From NCBI GenBank assembly GCA_004431415.1, contig QPMI01000564.1, positions 208,570 to 272,569 on the forward strand: a stretch of 64,000 nt of DNA, read 5' to 3'. Shown in pieces: positions 22,614 through 33,107 of the stretch. Position 1 is the first letter of the stretch. Every line of letters begins with the position of its first letter. The notes below the pieces were generated by a model, which saw nothing but the letters and a program-made list of their open reading frames with translations, was not told where the DNA came from and did not search any database. The stretch is from Cyanophora paradoxa CCMP329. Its lineage: Eukaryota > Plantae > Glaucophyta. The position numbers and the translations under genes were made by a program.

Positions 22614-22904
22614 TTAGAAAAGGTTCCGGGCCAGGCCCGAGAGCTGCGGGCCCAGGCGCCGGGCGGCGTAGTAGAGCGCGGCGGCCGCGGCGGCCAGGAT
22701 CAGGAGGCGCGGCGGGCCGCGCGCGGGCTCCTCTGCGGTCAGGTCAACGGCCTCGGGCTCGCGCGCCGGCGTCGCCAGGATCTCGGGCTCGGAGCTGAGG
22801 GACTTGGGCCCGCGGCGGCGGCGCTGCTTGGGGGCGGAGGCGGCGGCGGCGGAGAGAAGGTCCTCGGGCTCCTGCTTGATACCTGCGCAATCGGTGAAGT
22901 CCAT
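22614..22904 (-). CDS. Hypothetical protein with C-terminal hydrophobic segment (likely start MDFTDC)
   Basis: Lies immediately downstream of the TGACG-triplet element on the minus strand. Confidence 0.5.
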   Translation of the reverse strand: MDFTDCAGIKQEPEDLLSAAAASAPKQRRRRGPKSLSSEPEILATPAREPEAVDLTAEEPARGPPRLLILAAAAAALYYAARRLGPQLSGLARNLF

Positions 22905-22975
22905 GCTTGCTGGGTACCTTGGAAAATTGTGGGAGGCGCCCGGAGGCTGCGAACGAAGGGCAACTTGAAACTTCG

Positions 22976-23426
22976 GCGTCATTTACGTCCGCGTCATTTA
23001 CGTCAGCGTCATTTACGTCACGGAGTTTGCCGGCGACTCGGGACCTGGGCCAGGGCCCGGGGAAAAAAATTCGAGACTTGGAAAAATAGGGTATCCCTAA
23101 TACCGCTAGTACCAGTAGCTACTAGTACCGCTAGTACTACGTAGTACTACTTAGTACTACTACTGAACTACTTAGTACTACTACTGTACTACTTAGTACT
23201 ACTTGCTCAGTACTACTAGCTACCGGTACTGGTACACCTTTTATAGATTTAAGCATTCATTCAATGTGAATAACGATAATAGTAATAATAATAACGATAA
23301 TAATAGGGATACCCTATTTTTCCAAGTCTCGAATTTTTTTCTCGGGCCCTGGCCCAGGTCCCGAGTCGCCGGCAAACTCCGTGACGTAAATGACGCTGAC
23401 GTAAATGACGCGGACGTAAATGACGC
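22976..23426. repeat. 124-bp inverted repeat flanking a 204-bp AT-rich spacer with AGTACTAC and AAT repeats
   Basis: 22976-23099 is the reverse complement of 23304-23426 apart from one small indel/substitution. Confidence 0.95.
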
Positions 23427-23472
23427 GACCCTTCGGTTAATTAATTCAGCAAGCGCTAGCGCTAGCTAGATA

Positions 23473-23880
23473 TCACAGCTCTACCTGGCCCAAGTTGATG
23501 GTATCTAGCAGGGCCTGCTCTTCCAAGTCTGCACCGCCGCCGCCCAGCGCTAGCGCTAGCTCGATACCGCCTCCGGACTTGATCTCCCTTGGCTCCAGCC
23601 ACCTGAGGGGCTCAGGCCACCTCCTCCTGGTGAAGCCCGTATCGTTGCTCTTGTCCAGCTTGAGGTAGCGGTAGGGCGCCGGCGCCGGCCAGTCGGGCCT
23701 GTGGCTGCTGGCCTCCTTGGCTATCTCCTTGGGGCTACGCGGACGCAGGTCTGCCTTGGCCTTCGCCCTCTGCAGAGGGCCCAGCGCCTTGAACTTCGGT
23801 GCCTTCGTCGCCGGCAGGGCCTTCGGCTGGGGCTTCACCGCCTTCGGCTGCTGAGGCCTTAGCTGCTTCGATTTCGGCAT
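23473..23880 (-). CDS. Hypothetical Lys/Pro-rich basic protein
   Basis: ORF track; overlaps the end of the upstream gene. Confidence 0.45.
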   Translation of the reverse strand: MPKSKQLRPQQPKAVKPQPKALPATKAPKFKALGPLQRAKAKADLRPRSPKEIAKEASSHRPDWPAPAPYRYLKLDKSNDTGFTRRRWPEPLRWLEPREIKSGGGIELALALGGGGADLEEQALLDTINLGQVEL

Positions 23881-24118
23881 ACTTCTTGCTCATAAATGAG
23901 AAAAGCGCCTCCAAGTCGGCCTTTATCTCCTCCTTGGTCCAGGATGTCACCTGATCCGGGTCACCTGAGAACGGCGCATCGAACGCCACGTGGAGCGATT
24001 TGCAGGCCTGAGCTATCATTGGCTCGGGCCAGGCCAGCTCGATCAGCTGAAGGTAGATGTTCAGGGCCTTGTCGAGCTTGGCGCCCTGAGAGACTAGCTG
24101 GGAGATAGCGGGCTCCAT
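23735..24118 (-). CDS. Hypothetical protein (likely start MEPAISQ)
   Basis: TTTTCT motif upstream; protein-like N-terminal region. Confidence 0.5.
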   Translation of the reverse strand: MEPAISQLVSQGAKLDKALNIYLQLIELAWPEPMIAQACKSLHVAFDAPFSGDPDQVTSWTKEEIKADLEALFSFMSKKYAEIEAAKASAAEGGEAPAEGPAGDEGTEVQGAGPSAEGEGQGRPASA

Positions 24119-24204
24119 GGTACAGCAGAGCTTTAGAAAATGGCGCCAAGTCCAAGTCCTTTTTTTTACGGGCGAGGTCTGGGCCCGGGGCCAGGGCCGA
24201 GTCC

Positions 24205-24276
24205 CAACTCCGTGACGTAAATGACGCTGACGTAAATGACGCGGACGTAAATGACGCCGAATTTTCAAGTTGCCCT
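24205..24276 (+). promoter_or_regulatory. Third copy of the triple (T/G)GACGTAAATGACG element (ATF/CREB, as-1-like sites)
   Basis: ctccgtgacgtaaatgacgctgacgtaaatgacgcggacgtaaatgacgccga..ttcaagttgccc matches the reverse complement of 22958-23025. Confidence 0.75.
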
Positions 24277-24382
24277 CACATGAATGTCAGCTGAGGGTCA
24301 GCTGAGCGCTCACCTGAACGGCCTCAAAACCGCAGCCGCGCCGCGCTCTCGCCTCACACTTCACAGCCAAGAGAAACCGAGA

Positions 24383-24673
24383 ATGTGCGCCCCCAAGTAC
24401 GAGACCTGCTGCCTGACCTTCGGCATCTTCGAGTACGAGGCCATGGACGAGGATCTCGACGAGAACGGCGAGATCTGCTTCAACTACTGCAGGCTGCTGC
24501 GCAACATCTCGCTGGAGTGCCGCAAGGGCGACTGCTACCAGCACATCATGCTCAATCCCGCCAAGAACGAGATCACCCTGTACGTCGTCGCCAGCCCCAG
24601 CGCCAGATTTAGGCTCTCGAATATTCGCGTAGCCGCGATCGAGGCTCTCCCCCTCCCCAGTGAGTCGAATTGA
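24383..24673 (+). CDS. Hypothetical Cys-containing protein
   Basis: GC3-rich codons from ATG 24383. Confidence 0.55.
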   Translation: MCAPKYETCCLTFGIFEYEAMDEDLDENGEICFNYCRLLRNISLECRKGDCYQHIMLNPAKNEITLYVVASPSARFRLSNIRVAAIEALPLPSESN

Positions 24674-24789
24674 ACACGTGTTTTACCCGAATCACCTGAG
24701 CGCTCACCCGAGGTCAGCCTGAAGTCAGGCCGGGCGGCCTCAAATATTTTCTAGCCCTAGGCCGAAGCACACTCTAAGCTAAGACAAAC

Positions 24790-25572
24790 ATGGCCACCGT
24801 CCGCAACGCCTCCGACATCGACCCCGCCAAGCTCGCCTTCGAAATCGACGCCAACGGACGCATCAAGGCCAAGTACGACGGCCTGCAGGGCCTCATGATG
24901 TACGCGCCGCCCATGGTCACGATCAACCCCTGCATCAACACCGAGCAAGGCAAGGCGTGGAGCGACGAGAAGAAGGCCTTCGTCATGGAAGAAAACGGCG
25001 GATTTTACACGCTGGACCTCACCGATCTCAGCGCCGTCGACGGCCAGACGAACCCGGCCGCGGACGAGTTCCTCAAGCTGCTGGAGGCCCTGGACGCGAA
25101 ATTCTGCGAGTTCGTGCAGCAGAACCAGGCCAAGCTCAAGGTCTCGCCCGGCCGCGCCCTCTCCAAGGACCAGATCTCGGTGCTGCAGACGCCCAGCGTG
25201 CGCATCAAGGTCGACAAGGAGTCGGGCCAGGCCTTCTACAAGTACCTCAACATGCGCATCCGCACGCAGACGATGGCGGGCAAGCGCAAGACGATCCCAG
25301 TCGTCGACATGTCCAACTACCTCATCACCGAGCGCGCCACCATCGGCACCGGAGACCTGGTGGCGGCCCTCGTTAAAATCGACACCGCCTACGCCATCCC
25401 CGAGGGCAAGTTCGGCCTCAAGTGGTCCTTCCTCGCCGTGCAGCAGTGCAAGGTCGGCGCCTTTCGCTTCGCCGGCCGCACGCCCGAGCTGGCCTTCAAG
25501 CCCTACGACAACGAGGCCGATTTCGAGCCCTACCTAAACCCCGAGTCTATGTACACCACCCCCATGCAGTAG
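24790..25572 (+). CDS. Putative single-stranded DNA-binding protein (OB fold, NCLDV/T7 gp2.5-like)
   Basis: IGTGDLVAALVKI...KFGLKWSFLAVQ pattern, acidic tail, viral context. Confidence 0.65.
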   Translation: MATVRNASDIDPAKLAFEIDANGRIKAKYDGLQGLMMYAPPMVTINPCINTEQGKAWSDEKKAFVMEENGGFYTLDLTDLSAVDGQTNPAADEFLKLLEALDAKFCEFVQQNQAKLKVSPGRALSKDQISVLQTPSVRIKVDKESGQAFYKYLNMRIRTQTMAGKRKTIPVVDMSNYLITERATIGTGDLVAALVKIDTAYAIPEGKFGLKWSFLAVQQCKVGAFRFAGRTPELAFKPYDNEADFEPYLNPESMYTTPMQ

Positions 25573-25626
25573 TTTAGACGAATAAATTGTAAATTCTCTG
25601 GTGCAATTGATTACAAGCGTTTACAA

Positions 25627-26430
25627 TCAAAGGCCGTTGAACTTGCCGCCCACCGCCTTGGGCTCCGCCGCCGTTGAGGCCGCCGCCTCCGTCACCTCTT
25701 TCATCATCTCCGGGTTTGCGTTGGCCGCGTGCACCGCCAGCACCGTCTGCACAAGGGCCATCCCCAGGCGCGCCTCGGGCCCCAGGGTCACGTAGCGCGA
25801 GTACTTAATCACCAGCTCCTCTAAAATCGGCTGCACTTGGTCCATCGAGGCCAGCGTCGCCTGCCCGAGCCCGTCGAGCTTCAGGCCGATCGGATCGTAC
25901 GCCTTGTTCAGGTGCTCCAGCGAGTGCATGCCCGCGATCAGAAAGAGGCGCGCCGCCTCCAGCGAACCCCGCGTGCTCAGCTCGCGCTGAATTTCCTCGT
26001 ACTCTTCCTTCAGCTCGTCCAGCGGCGTCGCGAGGCTCAGCTTCTTCGTGGACGTTAGCTCGCCCCCGAACGAGCGCCTGTACTGCGCGATCTGACGCAG
26101 AACCTGCTTCTTCTCGTCCACGTCCGTCTGCGCCTCGTCGCGTGGCTTTTCCTGCAGGTCGATCCCCAGCGCCTTTTTCACGCTCTGCTCCTTCTTCTTC
26201 GTCATTTCGATGTGCTCCTGCACGCTGAAGCTCGCGCCCTTGCTCGGCGCCGTCGGCGGCACCGTGGGTCCGTCGCCCGGCAGCGACGTCTTGTCGGCCT
26301 TCGGCGCCTTCTCGCCCTTTTCCTTGCCTTCCTTCGCGGGGCGGCCCTTCTTCCTCGGCTGCGGGATCCCCACCGGGTTCGGCCCGTCCACGGCCAGCGC
26401 GTCGAAGCCCAGCATCGCCGAGGGGTCCAT
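25627..26430 (-). CDS. Conserved NCLDV protein, DUF5767-like
   Basis: DPIGLKLDG...ILEELVIKY...GPEARLGMAL...VHAAN resembles the DP..KLDG/PE.RL motif family of mimi/phycodnaviruses. Confidence 0.65.
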   Translation of the reverse strand: MDPSAMLGFDALAVDGPNPVGIPQPRKKGRPAKEGKEKGEKAPKADKTSLPGDGPTVPPTAPSKGASFSVQEHIEMTKKKEQSVKKALGIDLQEKPRDEAQTDVDEKKQVLRQIAQYRRSFGGELTSTKKLSLATPLDELKEEYEEIQRELSTRGSLEAARLFLIAGMHSLEHLNKAYDPIGLKLDGLGQATLASMDQVQPILEELVIKYSRYVTLGPEARLGMALVQTVLAVHAANANPEMMKEVTEAAASTAAEPKAVGGKFNGL

Positions 26431-26453
26431 CGTTACGCTTGCCCCTTAGAAAT

Positions 26454-26783
26454 TTACTCCGACGTCAGCTCGACGAAGAGCTCGATGTAAAGCCACAGTT
26501 TCTCGCGCAGCTCGGGCCCGCTCCCGTAGAAGAGCGAGCGCACGGCCGAGGCGTACTCCTGCGGCAGCTTCTCGAAAACTCCGTCGTCCCGCGCCTTAAT
26601 TAATTCGGCCTCCGCGTTGATGTGCCTCCTAAACAGAACGATGACCGCCGTGGCTCCTATGCCGCGCAGCGACTGAATCTGCACCCGTACCCCCGGCTCC
26701 TTGGCCTCCGGCTCCAGCAGGTCGAGGAAGCGGCCCCAGCGCGCCTCAATCTGCTCGCCCAGCGTCGCCTCCGTCGCTGCCAT
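26454..26783 (-). CDS. Hypothetical viral protein
   Basis: AATTTCT motif upstream; C-terminal REKLWLYIELFVEL helix. Confidence 0.6.
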   Translation of the reverse strand: MAATEATLGEQIEARWGRFLDLLEPEAKEPGVRVQIQSLRGIGATAVIVLFRRHINAEAELIKARDDGVFEKLPQEYASAVRSLFYGSGPELREKLWLYIELFVELTSE

Positions 26784-26805
26784 GTGCTTGCGTGTGCCTC
26801 AGAAA

Positions 26806-27939
26806 TTACACATTGCCTCGGTTGCCTCCGTCAAGGGCGTTTGCCGCTTGCTCGTAGGCCTTTGCGGTGCGCAAGTTTACTCCCAACTGCACGCTTTGCA
26901 TACGGTTGTCTGTGGCGAGCACTAGATTCTGGAAAGCCGTACGGATGCCCCTCTGCTTTGCGTCGTCTGCCCCCGCAAGGGTGCCTTGCTCGCGTGTGGC
27001 CCGGAGATCCCCTCGCCAATCGGCGGTGGTGAAGTTGTCCCCTAGGCCAGTCATCGGGTTGACAACTGCCGGCAGGAAGTTCTGGTCCGCGTAGGGCGTG
27101 GACGTGGCCAGGGCCGGACCCCTCGTGCCTTGCTGGTCCATGAGGATGGCGTTGAAAGGATTGCCCTTGCTGAAGTCGACGTCATTCCTCCCGTACGGTT
27201 TGTTGATGCCGCTGCTGATGTTTGCCGTCTGTGCGTTGAACATGGGCGAGAGATCGGGCGTGTAACCGGCGCGAAGGCCCCTCGGACCTGCCGTGTCCTG
27301 CGCATACCGACCCGCGGGTCCAAGCAAATTCTCCTTCTCGATTTCTTCCATCGTCTTGATCCAGCCGCGTTCGCGTGCCCACTTCATGACGAGATCGTCG
27401 TAGTTCATCGGGAAGAAAACCTTCTGGTATTTATCGAAACGCTGAATTTCGATATCCTGCTCGATCATATTAGTAATTCGCTCGAGCAGCTCAGGATAGT
27501 AATCCTCGAGCATTTTTGCGACGCCCGGCTGCTTCAGGTCGAAGGCAGTCATGGCCCACTGATCAAAATCGCGAATCATGATTTCCTTCCGCAGGCTGAA
27601 CGCATTCTCGACGTCCTCTTCGTTGATCTGACGGTTGGGGTATGCGTTCTGCAGCTGCTGTCGAATGCCCATCCGCATTAGCTTCTCCATCTGCGGGGTG
27701 TACTTCATCGCGGGCAGGGTCTTCGTGGGAACGGCCGTCAGCCCCACGCCACGGGCACGGTCCTCGGGCGTGTAGACGTCGGCTTTGTCCAAAGAGGTAA
27801 CGGGCACCTCGGGTAGAATCGTACCGGGCGCGTACTTCTCGATAATTCCCGTCACCTCGCCCTTCAGGTCGTTCTTCAGCGACTGGCGCTGCTTCTTAGA
27901 GCCCTCCCCAATGTCCATCATGGAATGGCCCTTCGTCAT
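26806..27939 (-). CDS. Hypothetical protein, probably virion-associated
   Basis: 377-aa ORF directly downstream of the MCP. Confidence 0.65.
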   Translation of the reverse strand: MTKGHSMMDIGEGSKKQRQSLKNDLKGEVTGIIEKYAPGTILPEVPVTSLDKADVYTPEDRARGVGLTAVPTKTLPAMKYTPQMEKLMRMGIRQQLQNAYPNRQINEEDVENAFSLRKEIMIRDFDQWAMTAFDLKQPGVAKMLEDYYPELLERITNMIEQDIEIQRFDKYQKVFFPMNYDDLVMKWARERGWIKTMEEIEKENLLGPAGRYAQDTAGPRGLRAGYTPDLSPMFNAQTANISSGINKPYGRNDVDFSKGNPFNAILMDQQGTRGPALATSTPYADQNFLPAVVNPMTGLGDNFTTADWRGDLRATREQGTLAGADDAKQRGIRTAFQNLVLATDNRMQSVQLGVNLRTAKAYEQAANALDGGNRGNV

Positions 27940-28030
27940 CGTGCCTCGGTTAGGATCCCAGTGGGAAAATTTATTGGTTCACATCGGCGGCCGAGGCTCG
28001 CCCCCTCTCACACTCTGGCTAGCTGGCAAT

Positions 28031-29399
28031 CTAATGGAAGCGGCGGTAGGCGCCGCCGTTGGTGAAGGTGATCTCGTTGTAGTAGCGGCAGTAGATGTCG
28101 GCCACGGGCTTGGCGTCCGCCGCGTAGGTCTTGAGCGTCCAGAGCGTGAGCTCGATGGTCTTGAAGGCGCCCATGTCGAGGCCGCCGAACATCTTGGTGT
28201 TGTCGGCCACGTCGGTGCCGAAGGGGAGCGAGTAGATGAACTCCGTGCCGAACTGGCCCACGTTGCGGGGCTGGATGTCGCTGCTGTGGGCGTCGTGGGT
28301 CGCAAGGGTCGTGGGGCCGTGTCGTTGCCCGACCACGGGTGCGGGTGCAGCGCGTCGGCCACGTCGGCCGCTGCCGTCCCGTCCATCGAGGTCACGCCCC
28401 GCAGCAGCTCGAGGTGCTTGCGGCGGGCGCGTGCGTGTGCTCCTTGTGCGCGATGGCCGTGCGCAAGAAGTGCGCGTCGTGGTTCGAGCTGTCGACCACC
28501 TTGATGTTGTCGCACTTCAGCTCGATCTTGTCCAGGGGCGGAAGCGCCAGAAGTGCTCGCCGTTGTCGGTGTGCGGCTTGTCGCGCACCACCACGATCAG
28601 CTCGTAGCAGATTCCGGTGAAGGGCAGGCGGATGGCCTTGCCCGATTCGAACTGCACGTTGTAGTGCTGCACGTACTTGCCTGCCCACGTGAACGAGTTC
28701 GGGTGCAGCGCCAGCTCGCGCGAGTCGATGTGCACGTAGCGCAGGATGAGCTTGGTGTCCAGGCTGACGCTGCTCGTCAGGCCGGTGTTCGTGTGCAGGC
28801 CGCCGTCCACGAAGGAGGCCGTCACCTCCTTCTGCGAGGCGTAGGTGATCTGCAGCTTCATCTCGTTGCCCGTCCGCGGATCTTGTGGAGGGCACGGCGA
28901 ACTTTCGACCGAAGCCCGTCGCGATGCGGATCGGCACGTACAGCGTGTTCGGGGCCTTGCCCCGGCGGCGCAGCGGCTGGTGTGCCCAGAGGTTGTTCAC
29001 CATGTCGACGTGCTGGGTGACGGACTTGTCGTCCTCGAACTCGCCGTAGATGGCGTCGTGGTGGCCGTCGTACTCGTGGATCAGCTGCGTGCCCACGAAG
29101 ATCTTCACCTTCTTGAGCAGCACGTAGCCGGCCTTCGGGATGTAGAAGTGGTCGGCGTTCGTCAGCGCCGGCAGCGTCACCCTGAGCCAGGCGTCGTTGA
29201 ACATCGGCGCCGAGTGCGGGATGACGATGTCGACGGTCTGGCCGAAGCTGACGCCCGACTGCACGGGGCTCACCTCGAGCACCTCGTCCACGAACGGCAT
29301 CGCCGTGTCGAAGGTCTCGTGCACGTGCACCGACGCGTCGGAGCTGCGCAGCGAGTGGTGCAGGGCGGTCGAGGGGGTGGAGATGAGCGCGGAAGCCAT
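28031..29399 (-). CDS. Double jelly-roll major capsid protein (Nucleocytoviricota type), several frameshifts
   Basis: FGQTVDIVIP...AWLRVTLPAL...GYVLLKKVKIFVGTQLI, LYVPI, and C-terminal FGGLDMGAF...YNEITFTNGG are spread over ORFs 28392..29399, 28517..28861 and 28031..28336. Confidence 0.88.
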
Positions 29400-29439
29400 G
29401 GTTTAGGGGTGCGTTGAGAAAATTTTGTGGAGGGCTCGC

Positions 29440-31403
29440 CTACGTGATTAAAGGGCGCGCCCCCCGTCGTGCTAGGTCCTCGTCGTACGCCTTCTTGCGG
29501 AGTGCGTCTGTGATCGCAGACCAGTCGCGTCTTCCGTCGAGATAACCCATGACAAGTCCGCTGTCCAACTTGAAGTAACGCTCCGGCTCCAAGTTCATGA
29601 GTTGCTGGGCCCGCTCCTCGACGCGCCGCACTCGTTCCGTAAAGGGGCCCTTCGCCGCAGATCCCAGCGGGTCCTCCTCTCGCTCAGCTTCGTAGAATTT
29701 TACAATGTCTCCGCCCAGATCCGAAATATCACGGTGCTGTTCTGCAATCTGCGCCTGTTGGCGGTTGACACCGGTGGCCCGGGCCTGGGCTATGGCCGCC
29801 AGCTGATTATAATCGATTTTACCGGCAAGGAATTGTTGCACAGCCTCGTCCCCTGCCGCGCGCGTAATTTCGGACGAGACCGTTTCCAGGAATCCCGCCC
29901 GCAGCTCGCTTTCCGCTGCCTCTGCCTGCTCGCGGACCGCGCGCTCAGCTGGGGTTTCCACTTCCATTCGTTCGGGTCGTGTACCGCTGCGGATTTGCTT
30001 CAGCAGCCCCGCACGGTGAGATTCTGCCGCTTCTTTCACCTTCTTGACGGCATTGTCAGTCGCGTCATTTCCATCCATCGTCGTATACCCGGGTCGCCGC
30101 CCCGCATCCTTGTACGCGGCCCTGCGCTTGTCCGTGGCTTCCTTCTCGCGCGGGGACGAGGGGGCAATTTCTATCCCCGCGTTTGCGAGTTGGGCCTGGA
30201 CGGCGACGGGCACCTGCTCGAGCACGGCCCTTGCCGCTGCAACGGCCACCGCCTCGGCTGCTACCACCTCTGGCGGGCGCGAGGGCCCCGCCTGCGGCTC
30301 GGGCGGGGGTGGCGGCGGGGGCAGGGGCTGCTGCTCCGGCGGGGGTGCGGACGGCCTGGCCACGGTCTCCGGGGGCTGAGAAGGGCCGGGCTGCGGCGCC
30401 AGCGGGGGCGTCTTCGGCTCGGGAGGCGGGGGCGGAGGCGGAGGTGGCCCCGGCGGCGGCGGCGGCGGCGCCCCCCCTTCGCCGTCTGACCCGTCCATGT
30501 CGTCCTCGGGTTCCTTGGACGGCAGGGCCTTCTGAATGAGGGCCTTGCGCGCGCCCCTGCCCGCCTTGATTTCTCTGCGCATGGCCTCCTCTGGGAAATT
30601 GGCCTCGATGGCCTCGTTGTCCTGGTTCGTGATGCGCGCATTCTGCTCGCGGCGGGCCTTGATGTACTTCTCCTTGTCGATTCGCTTCTTCGCCCGCCTT
30701 TTCTCCCTGGGTACGTCGCGCTGGCGGCTCTCGTCCGGCCCCGGCCCCTCGCTGTCCGAGCTCGAGGGCGGCTCGGCCTGGGCAAAGGGCTGGCGCGTGT
30801 TGCGGTTCGTCCAGTCGGGGTCGTACTTCCCTCCGATCAGCTCCTCGGGCTTCTTGTTCTCTCGTGCGTAAATGCTCGTGGGTTTGAATTCCTCTCCGTT
30901 GATGATGTACTTGTAGTAGTAATACGCGTCCTCGAGGTTCATCGGGCCCAGAGTCTCGAGGCGCTTCTTGCGCTTCAGGAATTCGGTAATCTGATCCTCC
31001 TTCGACTTGCAGAACTCGCGCACTCCCGGCAGCACCGTCAGATTCTTGCCGTCCACGTCGCAGGCGCCCGCCCCTTGGCCTTCAGGTTCGCGGTGAAGGC
31101 CGACTGGCCCATCAGCCATGCGCGGAAGCCCTCCTCGTACTCTTCGTCGAGGCTCGACTCCATCTGCTGGAATTTGTTGATGTAGTACGCGTTGGCGATG
31201 GCCTGGGCCTCCACCTCGGCGAGCTTGTCCGATTGATCGCGCTCCTCGAACCGAATTTCCGGCGTGGCCCTCGCCAGCGTCGTCTTCATCATCTGCTGAA
31301 AGTGCGCGTACTTGTCGCTCTCGAAGGGCGTGATGTGCGAGTCCCCGCCCCCCGGGATCGCGAGCACGTTGCGCGGCGCGAAACGCGAGGCGAGCCCCCT
31401 CAT
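29440..31403 (-). CDS. Large Pro-rich hypothetical protein, probably one gene frameshifted near 31100
   Basis: Overlapping ORFs 31038..31403 and 29440..31119. Confidence 0.55.
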
Positions 31404-31678
31404 TTGCTCTTCTTAGGGGTGGGCTTTGAAATTTTATCGGTCTTGGCCTTGTCTTCCTTCCCGTCCTTCTTGTCGCCGCCCTTCTTCCCCTGCTTCGTCG
31501 GGCGCATCGCCACGAATATTTCGCCGGGCGAGACGTCCTCGTACAGCGGCTTCGGCCCCTTTGGAAATTCGGGCGGGCCCTTCAGCTTCTCCTTCGCCTC
31601 CTTCACCTCCGCCTTGGACGGCTTCTCCTGCCCGTTCGTGGGCGCCTTTTTCGCGGGCTTCTTCTGTGTCTCTGGCAT
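31400..31678 (-). CDS. Small Lys-rich protein, possible DNA-condensing core protein
   Basis: Highly basic; ATTTTTCT motif upstream. Confidence 0.5.
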   Translation of the reverse strand: MPETQKKPAKKAPTNGQEKPSKAEVKEAKEKLKGPPEFPKGPKPLYEDVSPGEIFVAMRPTKQGKKGGDKKDGKEDKAKTDKISKPTPKKSK

Positions 31679-31680
31679 GT

Positions 31681-32034
31681 TTAACCGTCACCAGAAAAAT
31701 ATGGGTTCGCACCCCCGTACGTCTCGGGGAACTGCCTCTCCCACCTGCGCACGGCCGCGTCCCTCTGGTCGCCGAAGCTACGGTAGGCCGCGGCCCTCTG
31801 ACCCATCACGATTTGCCAGAGCCGTGCACGGACCTCGTCCTGCAGCCTGTACACCCAATCGCGAATGTTCTCGACGATATCCGTCGGCAGCGTGGCCAAC
31901 CCCGCCTTCAGCTCGGGCACATCCGTGGGATCCTCGTCGAGCGTAAGCTTCTGCATGCGTGCGCGCAGCATCTCAATTTGCGTATCGATTGGGGCCCAGT
32001 AAGGGATAGATCGAGACATCGGGTACGGGGTCAC
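31681..32034 (-). CDS. Hypothetical protein
   Basis: Packed ORF with AATTTCT motif upstream. Confidence 0.55.
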   Translation of the reverse strand: MTPYPMSRSIPYWAPIDTQIEMLRARMQKLTLDEDPTDVPELKAGLATLPTDIVENIRDWVYRLQDEVRARLWQIVMGQRAAAYRSFGDQRDAAVRRWERQFPETYGGANPYFSGDG

Positions 32035-32294
32035 TGAGAAATTACACTGGGTCGGAAGAGGAGGTACCCCACCAGGATCCCCGCTATAATCCAGAGGGGC
32101 GACCAGTCGCGCTCCGCCGGTGCGCCCCCGGGCGTCACCATCAGCTGCCCGGCCCCAGGCCTGCGGAGGCCGTACGTGCGGTGGTCCGCCCAGTGCGGGC
32201 GCGGGAACTGCTCCTGCGGCATGCGCTCGGGGTAAACGCCGTCGAATCGGTTCTGCATTTGGTACATGTCCCTATCGAACAGCAGGGAGGCCAT
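32031..32294 (-). CDS. Small protein with C-terminal transmembrane helix
   Basis: LWIIAGILVGYLLF. Confidence 0.6.
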   Translation of the reverse strand: MASLLFDRDMYQMQNRFDGVYPERMPQEQFPRPHWADHRTYGLRRPGAGQLMVTPGGAPAERDWSPLWIIAGILVGYLLFRPSVISQ

Positions 32295-32516
32295 TTCTTA
32301 ATTTGGGGAGGGACTTAGAAATACTGCCCGTGAGCTCCCTGTCGCGGATCCTGCGAAAATCGGCGAAGAGGCCGCGCGCGCAGCGCCTGCAGACGAGGCG
32401 GGCCCGCCCGCCCACGCGCGCCACCGAAATCTCGTGGCCGAACTGCAGGTGGCCGGGGAAGCAGGTGGGGGGGTAGTCGCAGACGAAGCAGTGGCAGGGG
32501 CAGTTGCGCCGCCGAA

Positions 32517-32909
32517 TTACATCTGAACTGCAATCGCGGGCTCGCTCGCCGCCTTCTTCGGCGCGCGCTGGCGCTTCGGGACTTGGCTCTCGGTGGGCGC
32601 CGAGTCGTCCGCCGGGGCCGCCGTCTTCGTGACGCGGGGCGCCGCGGGGGGCTTCGGGACCGTAGGGGCTGCCGGTGCCTGGCTCGAGCCGGCGGCCGGG
32701 CCAGTGGCGTGGGCCACCTGGGGCGCTGCGGCGGGGGCTGGTCTCCCGGGCCCCTCCTCGAGGACCCGGCGCATGAAGCGCGAGACGCGGCCGCTGCATT
32801 GCGTGCAGGAGCCGACGGCCACCTGGCGGTTGTTCTTGCTGGTACGCACCTCGACGTTGGCGAGCTTGGTGTTGGAGCGGCACTTGAAGCAGTAGTGGGC
32901 GTGCTCCAT
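32517..32909 (-). CDS. DUF5679/Cren7-like zinc-ribbon putative chromatin protein with Ala/Pro/Lys tail
   Basis: YCFKCR...TSKNNRQVAVGSCTQCSGRVSRF matches the YCxKC..KNGR...GxCxxC pattern. Confidence 0.75.
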   Translation of the reverse strand: MEHAHYCFKCRSNTKLANVEVRTSKNNRQVAVGSCTQCSGRVSRFMRRVLEEGPGRPAPAAAPQVAHATGPAAGSSQAPAAPTVPKPPAAPRVTKTAAPADDSAPTESQVPKRQRAPKKAASEPAIAVQM

Positions 32910-33107
32910 GCTAGCTACGGGGATGTAAGCAGCCTTCAGAAAAAAGTGCGTAGTAGCGGACGGCGCACCGGGCGCAGCAGACGTAGACGTCCGCCTTGAG
33001 CACCCAGCCGCGCTTGGTCTGCGGCAGGCGGCAGATTTCGCAGCAGAGGGGCCTCGGCTTACGGCATGAGGATCCCATCTGCGGGCCCTCCAGAAATCAC
33101 AATGGGA

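Noticed and set aside
32272-32516. Cys-rich segment (CHCFVC...VCRRC) as VLTF2
   Set aside because: No clear start codon and the motif match is too weak; left uncalled
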